Below are positions 1 to 9,977 of a stretch of 64,000 nt of DNA, piece after piece; the first letter of the stretch is position 1, and each line of letters starts with the position of its first letter. The position numbers and the translations under genes were made by a program. The notes below the pieces were generated by a model. The model saw nothing but the letters and a program-made list of their open reading frames with translations. It ran no database searches and was not told the origin of the DNA. Origin of the DNA: Nitrospirota bacterium (GTDB lineage: Bacteria; Nitrospirota; Nitrospiria; Nitrospirales; Nitrospiraceae); contig CAVPBK010000001.1 of NCBI GenBank assembly GCA_963701855.1, positions 146,579 to 210,578 of the forward strand, in the 5' to 3' direction.

Positions 1-158
1 ACGAATGATCCCGACAAGGGAACCGGGACAACGTGAATAAGACACCATCGTCCTTTAAGGGGACTGCCCGGCGTTGTTGTTCGTAGCGAGGCGAAGGAAG
101 TGCGGCCAAACATGACCCCACTGGCATTCCAACCCTATTGTCTTCTGGAGATCTCTAA

Positions 159-497
159 TCAAAACCCGTCGAGGGGCACTTTCTTCTTCGCTGCGTATTC
201 GTCGTCGGTGATCAACCCGTCATTGTGAATCTGCTTGAGTCGTTTCAGTTTTCCTTCGAGAGAAGAATCTGGATAAGCGGAAGGAGGCGATCCTTTTTCC
301 TGTCCACCGTCTATCCGAGGAGCGTTCGATAAGAGCTGTTGATAGGCAAGGGCTAACTGTGGCGCCTCAGGGATCAGGAAAGTCCCAAGCCCGTTGTCCT
401 CGTGAGGCAGGCGCTGATATGGCTCATAGAGAGCTCCGGCGATCATGCGCGGCGGATCCTGCCACATCAGCTCGCGGATGCTCGACATCGCATTGTG
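159..497 (-). pseudogene. C-terminal remnant of a SHOCT-domain lipoprotein, paralog of 1015..1956
   Basis: SIRELMWQDP...LAYQQLL...LEGKLKRLKQIHNDGLITDDEY aligns by eye with NIRELVWENP...ISYQPLL...MEERLKVLKRLRDQGLITEEEY of 1015..1956; there is no N-terminal half. Confidence 0.6.
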
Positions 498-501
498 AGT
501 G

Positions 502-852
502 TTACTTGCCAAGACTCCGTATGTAGGCGAGCACGTTCTGTATATCCTGCCCGTTGAGCCGGCTTTTCCACGCAGGCATTGTGCCGTGACCTTCACGAAT
601 CACTGTCCGCAGATCCGTATCCGATTTGCCCCTCACTTGTGGACCAGTCAAATCTGCCGGTGGCGGCCTGAGTGCTTCGCCCATGACTCCGTCTCCCTTT
701 CCACCCTCTCCATGACACACCACACAATTGATCGCATACAGTATTTTTCCTTTTGTGGAATCTCCGCTCTCGGCCGATGTCACTTGGGCGCCCACTCCTC
801 CCGTAAATAAGCAGGATGCGGAAAACAGAACGAGAAGTTTCAAGCCATTCAC
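502..852 (-). CDS. monohaem cytochrome c (class I)
   Basis: signal peptide, CVVCH, PPPADLT, distal Met in TMPAW; GAGG RBS. Confidence 0.9.
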   Translation of the reverse strand: MNGLKLLVLFSASCLFTGGVGAQVTSAESGDSTKGKILYAINCVVCHGEGGKGDGVMGEALRPPPADLTGPQVRGKSDTDLRTVIREGHGTMPAWKSRLNGQDIQNVLAYIRSLGK

Positions 853-1014
853 CTAGTCACCTCTTTCTTTGTTTAAACCGTGGCCGAAATCGTGATCATC
901 AGTTATTTTAAAGGGCCGTGGTGACGCAAGCCGCGTTCCATTCGCTTCCGTTGCGTCAGTATGAGTGACAGAGGGGAGCTTCATTTGGATGCGCCGGATT
1001 TGTCCAGTGGGCAT

Positions 1015-1956
1015 TTAGAGGCGCTCCAACAGCTGGTTTCTTTTATTGCGATACTCTTCCTCTGTGATCAAGCCCTGATCACGGAGTCGTTTCAAGACTT
1101 TCAACCGTTCTTCCATTGAGGGCTGATTGGTTTGCGCTTGAGGAAGACGTGAAGCACTGAAGCCATCTGGTAGTGCGGCCTTGGAGAGGGGCTCAGCCAG
1201 TAGAAGCGGTTGATAGGAGATCGAGATTTCATTGACTGGGGCACTCAGCACCCCGACTTCCTTATGTTGGATCACCGTCTGATGGTCACCGGGGACCAAC
1301 TCATACAAATTGACCTGGCTCGAGAGCGGATTCTCCCAAACCAGCTCACGGATGTTCGGCGCAGTCACGGCATATCGATAGTTGGCCAGGAGCAGATGGA
1401 GGTGCGACCCTTCCATAAACCACCCGCCGGAGGTGATCTCGGAGACGTCCGGTGCGCCAGGCCGGCTCAGTCCAAAGACCACCCACTCTGTTGGTTGTGC
1501 CTGGGCGAAGGCGAGGCTTAAGGTCCGGCTCAGGTAGTCGACTTCATCCTGCGTTAATGCATCATTGATTAGCCCCTTGGGCAATGAAAACAAGACGACC
1601 GGCTCACCCTGTCTTTGAACACGAAGACTGCTCAGGATGATTTTCCATTCCTCGGGACTGAGCGTGAACGGATGAGAAAAGTTCGGTACGCGGTCTCGGC
1701 GTAATCCCGGGGACGGTCCTTGTAGCCGGACGAACCGATCCTCTCCCTCACACTCTCCGCAGACCATGCGACAATTTTCACAGGCCAAGCGAGGCGGGTG
1801 TGCCGGCCCAGCACAACCCTGAAGCAGGCCGGCGATTAGACCTCCGGTGAGCATTGCCACGACCACGCAGGCGCTTGTCGCACGTCGAACTCGCGCATAG
1901 CCGTGCGACGCGCTGACCTGATGATCTTCCTGGAATTCTCGTTTGTGGGCTGTCAC
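1015..1956 (-). CDS. SHOCT-domain lipoprotein
   Basis: lipobox LQGC, Cys-rich N-terminus, C-terminal ERLKVLKRLRDQGLITEEEY (SHOCT-like); start uncertain. Confidence 0.75.
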   Translation of the reverse strand: MTAHKREFQEDHQVSASHGYARVRRATSACVVVAMLTGGLIAGLLQGCAGPAHPPRLACENCRMVCGECEGEDRFVRLQGPSPGLRRDRVPNFSHPFTLSPEEWKIILSSLRVQRQGEPVVLFSLPKGLINDALTQDEVDYLSRTLSLAFAQAQPTEWVVFGLSRPGAPDVSEITSGGWFMEGSHLHLLLANYRYAVTAPNIRELVWENPLSSQVNLYELVPGDHQTVIQHKEVGVLSAPVNEISISYQPLLLAEPLSKAALPDGFSASRLPQAQTNQPSMEERLKVLKRLRDQGLITEEEYRNKRNQLLERL

Positions 1957-2089
1957 GTGATTCGTTCAGACTCCTGATTTACGCGATGATGTCTTGCCGC
2001 TCTTGCTCTGTCAACCGGTGCCTGACAGAGGGACGGTGGTGAGAGGAAGAGAGGAGGTAACACCCACACCGGTGAGTCGGCTGAGCCGT

Positions 2090-2647
2090 CTAGTCACGAA
2101 GCGGCTCATCGAGATCTCCGACCGTCAGACGATCTGGAGGCCATCGGTAGGCGCCCCTTACAGCGGAGGCAACCATCGCATAGCCAGGTGGTTCTTTTCT
2201 GACAAATTGACCGAGGAGGTCTGGTGTCGGGTTTCCATCGATCAGATAGACCACGCCCTTTTCATAACCCGTGGTCGGTGACGGGGCTGGAATGCCGACC
2301 GTGGCCAGCGCATGACTGGCCCGGGCCTTCTTCAACGCAGACAGGTAGGTGCGCACCTGCTCGGGAGTCCATCCTCCGTGATTGGTGACCACGACTGAGG
2401 CGTCTCCGATGACCATCACATCAATCATTGGCATGGGGGCATGCGTCGCCGCGCTGAACGCAGGCGGTGGTGCAGGCTCCGGCCTTCCCCACTCCATGAA
2501 GACTCGGATCATGGCGAAGACAATGAGCACGACGGCACCTCCGAGCAGTACCTGCCGACCGGACAGACGGTGGACCGGAACGGACTGCTCGGGTCGGGAT
2601 GGCATGGGACCCTTTCCTGGCACAGATGAGCGCGCGAATCTTAGCAC
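2090..2647 (-). CDS. hypothetical single-pass membrane protein
   Basis: ORF co-oriented with neighbours; hydrophobic segment VLLGGAVVLIVFAMI; start uncertain. Confidence 0.55.
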   Translation of the reverse strand: MLRFARSSVPGKGPMPSRPEQSVPVHRLSGRQVLLGGAVVLIVFAMIRVFMEWGRPEPAPPPAFSAATHAPMPMIDVMVIGDASVVVTNHGGWTPEQVRTYLSALKKARASHALATVGIPAPSPTTGYEKGVVYLIDGNPTPDLLGQFVRKEPPGYAMVASAVRGAYRWPPDRLTVGDLDEPLRD

Positions 2648-2729
2648 AGAGCTCAGCGAATTTCCTCGCTGGGCTCCCCTCCCTCAAGATATATCGACAC
2701 CGGAGGAGGGAGCTGTGTGCCTGTCGAAA

Positions 2730-4193
2730 CTAGTACGCGAAGTCCAAGCCAACCAACATGGTCTGACCGAGCAGATCCCCGCCTCCTGTGCCGACCCCTT
2801 TGGTCCTGTAGGTGTTGTACTCAGCGTGTAGGGCCAGATCCGTCCGCGTGGATTGGTGAAGGAAGTACCGAACCAGAAACGTTTGGGAGTCAACATTGTT
2901 ATAGTTGTGGTTAAAGGTGGGATCCCCCTGCCGATCGTTGCGGATGATGTCGTACCGATAGGCGAAGAACCAATCGGGCACGTTCAGGAACGGAAGGAGC
3001 GTGGGATAGTAATCCAGCTCGACAAAGCCGCCGTTCCACGAAGCGTTCTGGGCACCGGCGATGCCTTGAGAGACGAAGAGGTTCTTGCTGCTGTTGCCAT
3101 GCACGAAGGCACCAAAGAGATTCCATTCTCCATTAAACGTGGTACTCAGATCCACGCCAATGTTGCTAAAGGGCTGGCCGCTTCCGCCCACAGCTTGACA
3201 CGTGGGGCAAGTCGCGTTCACCGTGGTCGGGGCGTCCCCATAGACCCCGAAGAGGCCAATTCGATGGCCGGTCACGATGCCATATCCCCCGAAGGATTGC
3301 GTGACATGGCCGTAGAAATTGACCCCACGTCCACCCGTACACGACTGGCCGGCCGGACAACCGCTCAACGGACCAGAAAACGTATTGGTTGACATTGCCG
3401 TGAAGCTGTAGCGGAAAAATCCACTGGTGGGCGCGGTTTTCATCAGGCCCGCGAGTTCCGCTCCCGGTTGATTATCCCCGAGCCCAAACGAGTTGGGATT
3501 GGCGTAGGTGCTGGTGGATGTCCCGCTGATCGTGGCTGTATACGGTGTCCCCGGCGTGTAGTGGTACATGACAAATGGGGTGTTGAGCGTCGGACTGCGT
3601 TTTTCGCTGAACGGCAAATCCAATTCGAATTTGCCTATACGGAAGTTCATGAGATAGTCGCCGGGCTTGCTCGTGATGCCCAGATATTTTTCCAGCCTCA
3701 TGAGCCGAACGAAGGAGCTTTCCAAATCGCTGTCGCTGGCGCCGGTCCCAAATCCCGCGCTACCCAAGCCTGGCGTATACACGATGCCGAACGCCACATC
3801 GCGAGTCAATGTGCCGAAACTTAAAATATCGAGGCCGGTGAAGCCGAACCCACCCGTGCTGATCCCGCTGCCATCGGTACGGACACTAGCCGCCTGATAG
3901 CCGATGGTGGTCCGGAACGACACGGGCCAAAAGCCCATGGTGATCCCTTCGTACGTGGGCATGTCCGCATCGGAGCCCATTTGATAGCCCCGATCCCGGA
4001 AGAGGTTGCCGAAGTCGTTCAACTTTGGAAATCCAGGGACGTGGCAGACGTTGCACTTCATGTCGTATTTCCTCGCGAAGGCCGGAATGGCTTCCGCCTC
4101 AGGCGCACGATAGGTGAATTCATGCAAGACGAGGACAATCAATACCAGCACGAGAAACGGAGCCCCTACGACGAATATCTCCCTATAGCGCAT
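2730..4193 (-). CDS. Cyc2-like outer-membrane cytochrome c-porin fusion
   Basis: after the signal peptide: IPAFARKYDMKCNVCH-VPGFPKLNDFGNLFRDRGY, matching the Cyc2/Cyt572 N-terminal pattern (PxFARx5CxxCH..PxLxxxG); the rest is beta-strand-like and ends in an aromatic residue (GLDFAY); GGAGG RBS before ATG 4193. Confidence 0.8.
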   Translation of the reverse strand: MRYREIFVVGAPFLVLVLIVLVLHEFTYRAPEAEAIPAFARKYDMKCNVCHVPGFPKLNDFGNLFRDRGYQMGSDADMPTYEGITMGFWPVSFRTTIGYQAASVRTDGSGISTGGFGFTGLDILSFGTLTRDVAFGIVYTPGLGSAGFGTGASDSDLESSFVRLMRLEKYLGITSKPGDYLMNFRIGKFELDLPFSEKRSPTLNTPFVMYHYTPGTPYTATISGTSTSTYANPNSFGLGDNQPGAELAGLMKTAPTSGFFRYSFTAMSTNTFSGPLSGCPAGQSCTGGRGVNFYGHVTQSFGGYGIVTGHRIGLFGVYGDAPTTVNATCPTCQAVGGSGQPFSNIGVDLSTTFNGEWNLFGAFVHGNSSKNLFVSQGIAGAQNASWNGGFVELDYYPTLLPFLNVPDWFFAYRYDIIRNDRQGDPTFNHNYNNVDSQTFLVRYFLHQSTRTDLALHAEYNTYRTKGVGTGGGDLLGQTMLVGLDFAY

Positions 4194-4364
4194 AATCAAC
4201 CTCCACGGTCGGATTGAAAGGTGCGATACGGTGACAACGTGACGTGGCACCAGGGGGCGAGCCTCGACCTCCAGCCTCCCCAATGCGGGATCGGTTCACC
4301 TCATCCTTCTCTTGTCCGGCTCGCCGTTGATGCGTGGTATCCATGTATCTCCTCAGGACAGGCC

Positions 4365-5207
4365 CTACTCCATCGTGACAGGACGGACGGGAAATTCAAA
4401 TCGTGTGTCCACCGTTTCTTTCGGTTTGACGTCCACTTTCTGTCGAACAATATGCGGGTCGTCGTAGACCGCTCGGGAGGAGTCTATTTTCTTGATCTTG
4501 TATCCCTCATGCCAGGCCACGAGGGTATAGGTGCCTGGCGGTACGCCATGAATCTCAAACTTTCCAGCGGCATCGGTGATCGCAAAATATGGATGATCAA
4601 ATCCGGCGATATAGCCAGACATGTGGGTATGGACGTCGCACTGATAAGGCAACCCGACCCCAAGACCTCGAAGGAGAGTGTGATCAACCTCCCGGTTCGG
4701 AGTGGGCATAGCCACATTAAAAATGCTGCCGCGGTTGGCAGTGAAGAAATGCGGATTGTGGAGAATTGGGTCGAAATTAATTATTGCGACGAGCTGTGTC
4801 CGGACAAACGCAAGGATATGTTCCTTGAATTGGCATAGCTGCGTGTCTGGTTCTTTGCCGGTCTGGTCCTGTCCCATATGGAGCCAATATTTCTCTTCAA
4901 GCGCTTTCCCCTTTTCGACCTGCTCCAGATACACCAGAACGTGCTGGAGCCCTTTGCTCTTTGGATCCACCTTCAACACCGGGGATGGTGCCGTTTCACC
5001 GCATGTATCCAGATCCGCCTTGACCGGGAGCGGGGGAATCGTCGGAATCTCGCCTTCCCAGGTCGCCACGCCTTTGATCGTCCCGCCGTTCGAGACGTTA
5101 ATAACCTCATACTCGGCAAAGGCGGCCTCCGAACCACCTGCCAACACGAGCAGACTGATCGCTAGTATACATGACCAATCCGTAATTCGAGTTTTGATCC
5201 GTGTCAT
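4365..5207 (-). CDS. secreted cupredoxin-like / carboxypeptidase-regulatory-like domain protein
   Basis: signal peptide; HNPH and CDVHTHM (C-x2-H-x2-M, type-1 Cu-like loop); C-terminal GKFEIHGVPPGTYTLVAWHE; AAGGAGG RBS. Confidence 0.75.
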   Translation of the reverse strand: MTRIKTRITDWSCILAISLLVLAGGSEAAFAEYEVINVSNGGTIKGVATWEGEIPTIPPLPVKADLDTCGETAPSPVLKVDPKSKGLQHVLVYLEQVEKGKALEEKYWLHMGQDQTGKEPDTQLCQFKEHILAFVRTQLVAIINFDPILHNPHFFTANRGSIFNVAMPTPNREVDHTLLRGLGVGLPYQCDVHTHMSGYIAGFDHPYFAITDAAGKFEIHGVPPGTYTLVAWHEGYKIKKIDSSRAVYDDPHIVRQKVDVKPKETVDTRFEFPVRPVTME

Positions 5208-5425
5208 CGCGCCTCCTTTTGCGTGAGGTTGTAACCACACTCGATTCGTCCACGAATCTCTTCCGCCAGAGACCCTTCTGGTGTCGGGCTCTCTTCATCT
5301 CTTCAGTTTGGAGTGTGAGCACCATACTCAAATCTGCTCATCATGTTGGAGCGCAGAGACCCTAGCGGCAGTAAAGAAGTTCTGCAACTAGGGAATCCTC
5401 TAGTCTTAATCGTAGAAATTACTAG

Positions 5426-5453
5426 TGAACCTCTCCGCATTTCATAGACACCT
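5426..5453 (+). mobile_element. orphan IS3-family terminal inverted repeat
   Basis: TGAACCTCTCCGCATTTCATAGACACCT matches the left end of the IS3 at 43958 at 24/28 positions. Confidence 0.65.
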
Positions 5454-6140
5454 TCTCCCGGGCTTGAACGCTGCCCACTTGTTTTTCAAATACTCCAACT
5501 AAAGAAGTTCGTCAATTCAAACCTAAGTAGCAGTACGTGCATTTTACATTCCTGATAATCGCCAGATTTCATGGGAGACGACCTCTCAGGCAGCCCACGT
5601 AATTCTTGGATTAGGAAAGTACACTTCGCCTTCGGTAATCCCTCAGAGATGGAGCTTTTGCCACAAATGCAATTTTCATTTTTCCCAAAGAAGCGACAGC
5701 TATATTCTGAACTACTCAGGCAGATAGGCTGAAGGCTTTTAGGGTCGGGCTTCTTGCCCAACAAGGACTCATCTCTGCTTGAACCAAAGGTCGTAGGAAA
5801 CCGAGAAGGTTTTGAATGGCTTGGTTCGCTGCCTTGGGAGATTATGTATAGCCTTCCGCCTGAATACCTGAGCAGGTACGCCTGCTTGTCGATTTCCCTA
5901 ATGCCTGTTAAACGTTGTATCTTCTCGCATGCCTACAGTGTGAGAGTCTTGCGATCATACACAATGCTTACGATGACTCTCTCTTATCTGACAGACCCCA
6001 CGCAGAAATCTCCTCCCTCCTGGCGCGGCAAGTTCCCAATCAAACCCGCATTGTTCATGACAGTCCCTGGCGAAAGCGACTAAGAGTGCGTTCCTCATTA
6101 TTATTTATTATTCGCGCGTGACTTGCGCGAAAAGCGCGGC

Positions 6141-6192
6141 GGGGGAGGTGGTCTGAAGGCTGAAGTGTTCGGAACTCCGACCTTCAGCCTTT
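6141..6192. repeat. hairpin repeat with TGAAGGC-type arms (inverted relative of 26889..26953)
   Basis: its reverse complement AAGGCTGAAGGTCGGAGTTC..CTTCAGCCTTCAGACCACCTC closely matches 26889-26950. Confidence 0.65.
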
Positions 6193-6349
6193 GCACCACA
6201 CCTGTCTCGTGGCATAACGGGGCATCGGGTGCGGAGACATTGCCCCATAATGCCACGAGGAATGATCCGGGCTTTACGATTCTCTACCACGCTGCGCGCT
6301 AACCCCTCTGTTCCTCACAGGTTTGCATGATCACCCCAAAAGGCATTCA

Positions 6350-6365
6350 TGGCATTTCCCTTGCT
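6350..6365 (+). promoter_or_regulatory. sigma54 (-24/-12) promoter upstream of the ybaK-like gene
   Basis: TGGCATTTCCCTTGCT = GG-N10-GC with TGGCA and TTGC, about 60 bp before the ATG. Confidence 0.65.
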
Positions 6366-6424
6366 AACTTACTCTTCATAAGAATTATGCATATTTTCTT
6401 CTCCATTCAGTAAGGGAGGTTGCC

Positions 6425-6910
6425 ATGCCGGTGTTGAAACGACTCCAGAGTTATCTCGACGCGAACAAGATTCCCCATGAAGTGGTAAACCACCCAAAGG
6501 CCTATACCGCCCACGACGTGGCCCATACACTTGATGTGCCGGGAAAACTTGTCGCTAAAGTCGTCGTGGTGAAGGCCGATCAGTACTTCGTGATGACGGT
6601 GCTCCCCTCAACCTGGCGCGTAGATTTGAAACGATTGCGGGATGTACTGGAGGCCCGTGACATCCGATTAGCAACAGAAGCCGAGTGCGCGAATCTGTTC
6701 CCCGATTGCCAAGTGGGAACAATGCCACCGTTCGGAAATCTCTACGGCGTGGAGGTGTACGTCGATCAACTGCTGACAGAAGACGAGTCCATCGTGTTTG
6801 AAGCAGGGACCTATGTCGGCGCGATCAAGCTACGGTACAAGGACTTTGCCGATCTCGTTCGCCCGAAAGTCGCCGCGTTTCATCACGAGCCGTCGAAGAT
6901 CGAGAGCTAG
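6425..6910 (+). CDS. YbaK/EbsC family aminoacyl-tRNA deacylase
   Basis: AKVVVVK, RLATEAE..LFPDCQVGTMPPFGNLYG, SIVFEAG motifs; GGAGG RBS. Confidence 0.9.
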   Translation: MPVLKRLQSYLDANKIPHEVVNHPKAYTAHDVAHTLDVPGKLVAKVVVVKADQYFVMTVLPSTWRVDLKRLRDVLEARDIRLATEAECANLFPDCQVGTMPPFGNLYGVEVYVDQLLTEDESIVFEAGTYVGAIKLRYKDFADLVRPKVAAFHHEPSKIES

Positions 6911-7098
6911 CAGGGAGAGGGATGGCTTGATGAGTCCCCTGTGCTCGCAAAACGCGCACGATACAACAGTGCTCGTTCGATGCGCGCAGTGAGGGACTCA
7001 TCCAGCCATCCTGGATAAAATCAACGAGCAAGCTTGGAAGACCTATTTTGATTGCTCGATGCGGCCATGCTGAACGGCTATTTTGAGCATCCTGCTAG
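6907..7098 (-). repeat. MITE-like palindromic element containing structured core copy A
   Basis: bounded by CTAGCAGG...CCTGCTAG; the core CACTGCGCGCA..ACGAG..GCGCGTT..GCGAGCACA recurs at 46.5 and 47.9 kb. Confidence 0.75.
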
Positions 7099-7646
7099 AA
7101 AAGAGGATGATGGGGAGCGCTTGCTGGTGGAGTTGAATGGAATGTTCCTCCTGCATTGCCGAGGAATCGCCAGGCCCCTTCTTCTTTGACGAGGTAGTGC
7201 ACCTCGCGCGCCCAGCTGTCAATGGTGATGGACTTCCCCGTCTGTTTCTCCGTCCCATAGAGCCCTCCGGTGCAGGTCACATAGGCTTTTCTGATGCCGT
7301 CGGCCTGGACTAATTTCAGCTCGGTGAAGACATGGGATGAACTGATGTCCCGGTAGTGCAGGAAGACCTCCTCCCATACTCGACGCACATCCGATCTTTT
7401 TAACCCGTGATAGTTATAGGTCGTGGCGTAGAACTTCATGAGCGCATAGAGATCAACCTTCTTGACCGCTGCTTCGGCCTCATTGAACGCTGTCACCAGC
7501 TCCCTGATGACCGGCTGATCGGCATCCGCTCCCACGTCCGGTGCAAATTCCACAGCTGCGGCGACGGGAGTCGACGGCCGGCATTGGGTCAGGATCAAGG
7601 TTCCTGCCAGGATCAGTATGATCTTGAGTACGCCTCGTCGCTTCAT
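7095..7646 (-). CDS. secreted NTF2/SnoaL-like protein (paralog of 12943..13479)
   Basis: signal-like N-terminus MKRRGVLKIILIL; shares YNYHGLK, VTCTG, IDSW..EVH, WR..GNAG and HPLF* with 12943..13479. Confidence 0.75.
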   Translation of the reverse strand: MKRRGVLKIILILAGTLILTQCRPSTPVAAAVEFAPDVGADADQPVIRELVTAFNEAEAAVKKVDLYALMKFYATTYNYHGLKRSDVRRVWEEVFLHYRDISSSHVFTELKLVQADGIRKAYVTCTGGLYGTEKQTGKSITIDSWAREVHYLVKEEGAWRFLGNAGGTFHSTPPASAPHHPLF

Positions 7647-7965
7647 GATTGTAGCGTGACGCAATGCTGATGCCATCGCTGTAAGAATGGCAAGCCCTCG
7701 ATAATTCAAGCCGCAACTCTCTTCCTCTATTTTCCACTGGGACCAGGGTCAACAGGATGACGCCTAACTCCCCACGTGACACTGCTTCCCTGCTGCAAAA
7801 CGCTACGCTTCATAGCGCCATCTGACCCAAGATCAACAAGGAAGCACAGGCACATCTGATGCATTCCGAACTATTCGTGCTCAAGGAACAACTGGAAACC
7901 TGTAAGCCATCGAGCGATCAACTTGTCAGCAACCGCGCTCACGCGCCCAACAAAGGAGGAGTCCC

Positions 7966-8166
7966 ATGTCCGTCGCCAAGATTATCGAGATTAGTGCCGA
8001 ATCACCGAAGAGTTTCGAAGATGCCATTCAAAACGGGATCACCCGGGCATCCAAAACCATACACAGCATCAAATCGGCTTGGGTGAAGGAGCAACACGTG
8101 GTGGTCGACAACAGCAAGGTCGCCCTGTATCGCGTGGACCTGAAAGTAACATTCGTGCTGGATTGA
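7966..8166 (+). CDS. dodecin family protein
   Basis: 66 aa SVAKIIEISAESPKSFEDAIQNGITRASKT..YRVDLKVTFVLD; AGGAGG RBS. Confidence 0.9.
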   Translation: MSVAKIIEISAESPKSFEDAIQNGITRASKTIHSIKSAWVKEQHVVVDNSKVALYRVDLKVTFVLD

Positions 8167-8172
8167 CGAGAT

Positions 8173-8835
8173 ATGAGGATGGGCGAGCGAAACTGGTGGG
8201 AGAGGGTTGCCAAGAGCACGGCCTACGCCCTTTCTCTGTTTCTTATCGCCCTTACTTACTCCCTCGCGTTCGGCTCATCGGGCCAGATCTTGGAGCCCCC
8301 CACTGACGTGGTTCGCTCGACGCTCACTGAAGTCTTCCGCATCCTTGAAGACGAGACACTCAAAGATCCGGCCAAGCTCATCCCGCGCCGGCATATGCTG
8401 GAAGATGTCATCGCTTCCCACTTCGACTATACGGAAATGTCGAAGCGATCGCTCGCAGCTCACTAGGCTCCACTTACGGCCGGCGAGCGGGCCGAATTCG
8501 TCGAACTCTTCAAGAACTTTCTCTCCGACCGCTATGCTGAAAAAATCGAAAGCTATTCAGGCGAACAGGTAGCCTATCTCTCCGAACGGATCGAGGGGAA
8601 CTATGCGGAGGTGCGGACCGAGCTGCGGTCGAGCAAAGTCGCAATCCCGATGGACTACCGGCTACAAGGGAAAGACGGAACATGGCACGCTTACGACCTC
8701 ATTGTGGACGGGGTCAGTTTGGTGAAGAATTACCGCAGTCAATTCGAGAAGATCATCCGCTCATCGTCCTACCAGGAGTTAGTCCGGCAGTTGCGCGAAC
8801 GCACCGTCGGCGAGGACAAGAAAAAGAAGGCTTAG
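8173..8835 (+). pseudogene. mlaC: MlaC/Ttg2D phospholipid-binding protein with one in-frame TAG
   Basis: FDYTEMSKRSLAAH*APLTAGERAEF..YDLIVDGVSLVKNYRSQF all in one frame; TAG at 8464-8466 sits where Trp is usual. Confidence 0.8.
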
Positions 8836-9093
8836 CTCACGAGAATGCCCTGCAGCCTCACCGCCTGAGATCCGCCCCTGCCCTATTACGCCGCTACGCC
8901 ACAGTAACTCGATGACAGATCCTGGACCGACGAAGCATCTCTAACGATTGATAGCGCGTCCCTCGAACCGTCACCCCGCCACTGAAGCAGTAGCGGCACC
9001 CTTTGCACGCTGACTGCACAAGGGCGAGTCAAACTAGCACCAGGCTGCTGCCCTTTCTAAGCTCTCTCCACCTCCTTCGGTTATAAGTTAATC

Positions 9094-9112
9094 TTGATTC
9101 TGTCAGAATCAA
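9094..9112. promoter_or_regulatory. perfect 9-1-9 palindrome, possible operator
   Basis: TTGATTCTG-T-CAGAATCAA in intergenic DNA. Confidence 0.35.
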
Positions 9113-9178
9113 CGAGGGCAAGATGCCTCACCGAACTGCAGACTGTGGCATTACAGGATCTGACGAGATTGTAGGGGC

Positions 9179-9403
9179 CTAATTGAGGCGGGCTTTGCCT
9201 TTACCAGCAAAGAGTCTCTCGGCTTCGACTCGCGCGAGGTCTTTCTGGCGATGGGCGAGAATGACCGGATCAATCCGCTCACCGCAGCTCACGCAACGCC
9301 AGTTGATCGATCCGATTTCGAAAACCCGTTCTTCCAGCATCAGTCCGCCGCAGCGATGGCACTGGTCGGTCTGAGTGTTTTTAGCGGCAACAACCTTGGG
9401 CAT
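9179..9403 (-). CDS. small zinc-ribbon protein
   Basis: CHRCGGLM..WRCVSCGE; GGAGG RBS. Confidence 0.75.
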   Translation of the reverse strand: MPKVVAAKNTQTDQCHRCGGLMLEERVFEIGSINWRCVSCGERIDPVILAHRQKDLARVEAERLFAGKGKARLN

Positions 9404-9977
9404 GAACAGATTCCTCCCTCTTGTTGAATGTACTGGATAGCTGTGTGAGCCAAAAGGACAGAAAAGGATTCATCCACGAAATAAGAAAACCAGCCTCCCT
9501 ACGGATATCGAGCCGTAGGCAAGCGTGGCTATCCGAACAACCCGGCAGGCAATCCACTGTTGCTTGTTCCTCGCCCCTAGTCTTCGGGCTCTCTTGAGTG
9601 CCGTACCTCCTACTGGCACCGAGATGGAAGCCTGTCCCTTCGGATCTGATCCCACCACTGAAATAGGGACGATACCCTCAGGCGCGCTGCACAGAGGAGG
9701 GCACCTGCTTGCCCCGGCACATTGCCCCTTCTCGATTGGAGTGGTGCCGAACATCTGGCCACGGCCATTGACTCGCACAGCATAACATCATGTAATCACT
9801 TCAATTGGCCTCACGTTCAGTATCAGCAGGTGGGCCGCCCACCTTGGCATATTCTGTATCTTGTATTTTTGCTATCAGAGGACTACGCTACGACACATCC
9901 GCTAGCAATACTTACTTGCGCCTCGAAGGTACACCGTGGGATTCAAAGAATCAGAACAAGCCCCACAGCCACTCCTA

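Noticed and set aside
8464..8466. Pyrrolysine or programmed amber readthrough in mlaC
   Set aside because: No pyl genes are present, TAG is used as a normal stop elsewhere, and TGG to TAG is a single transition.
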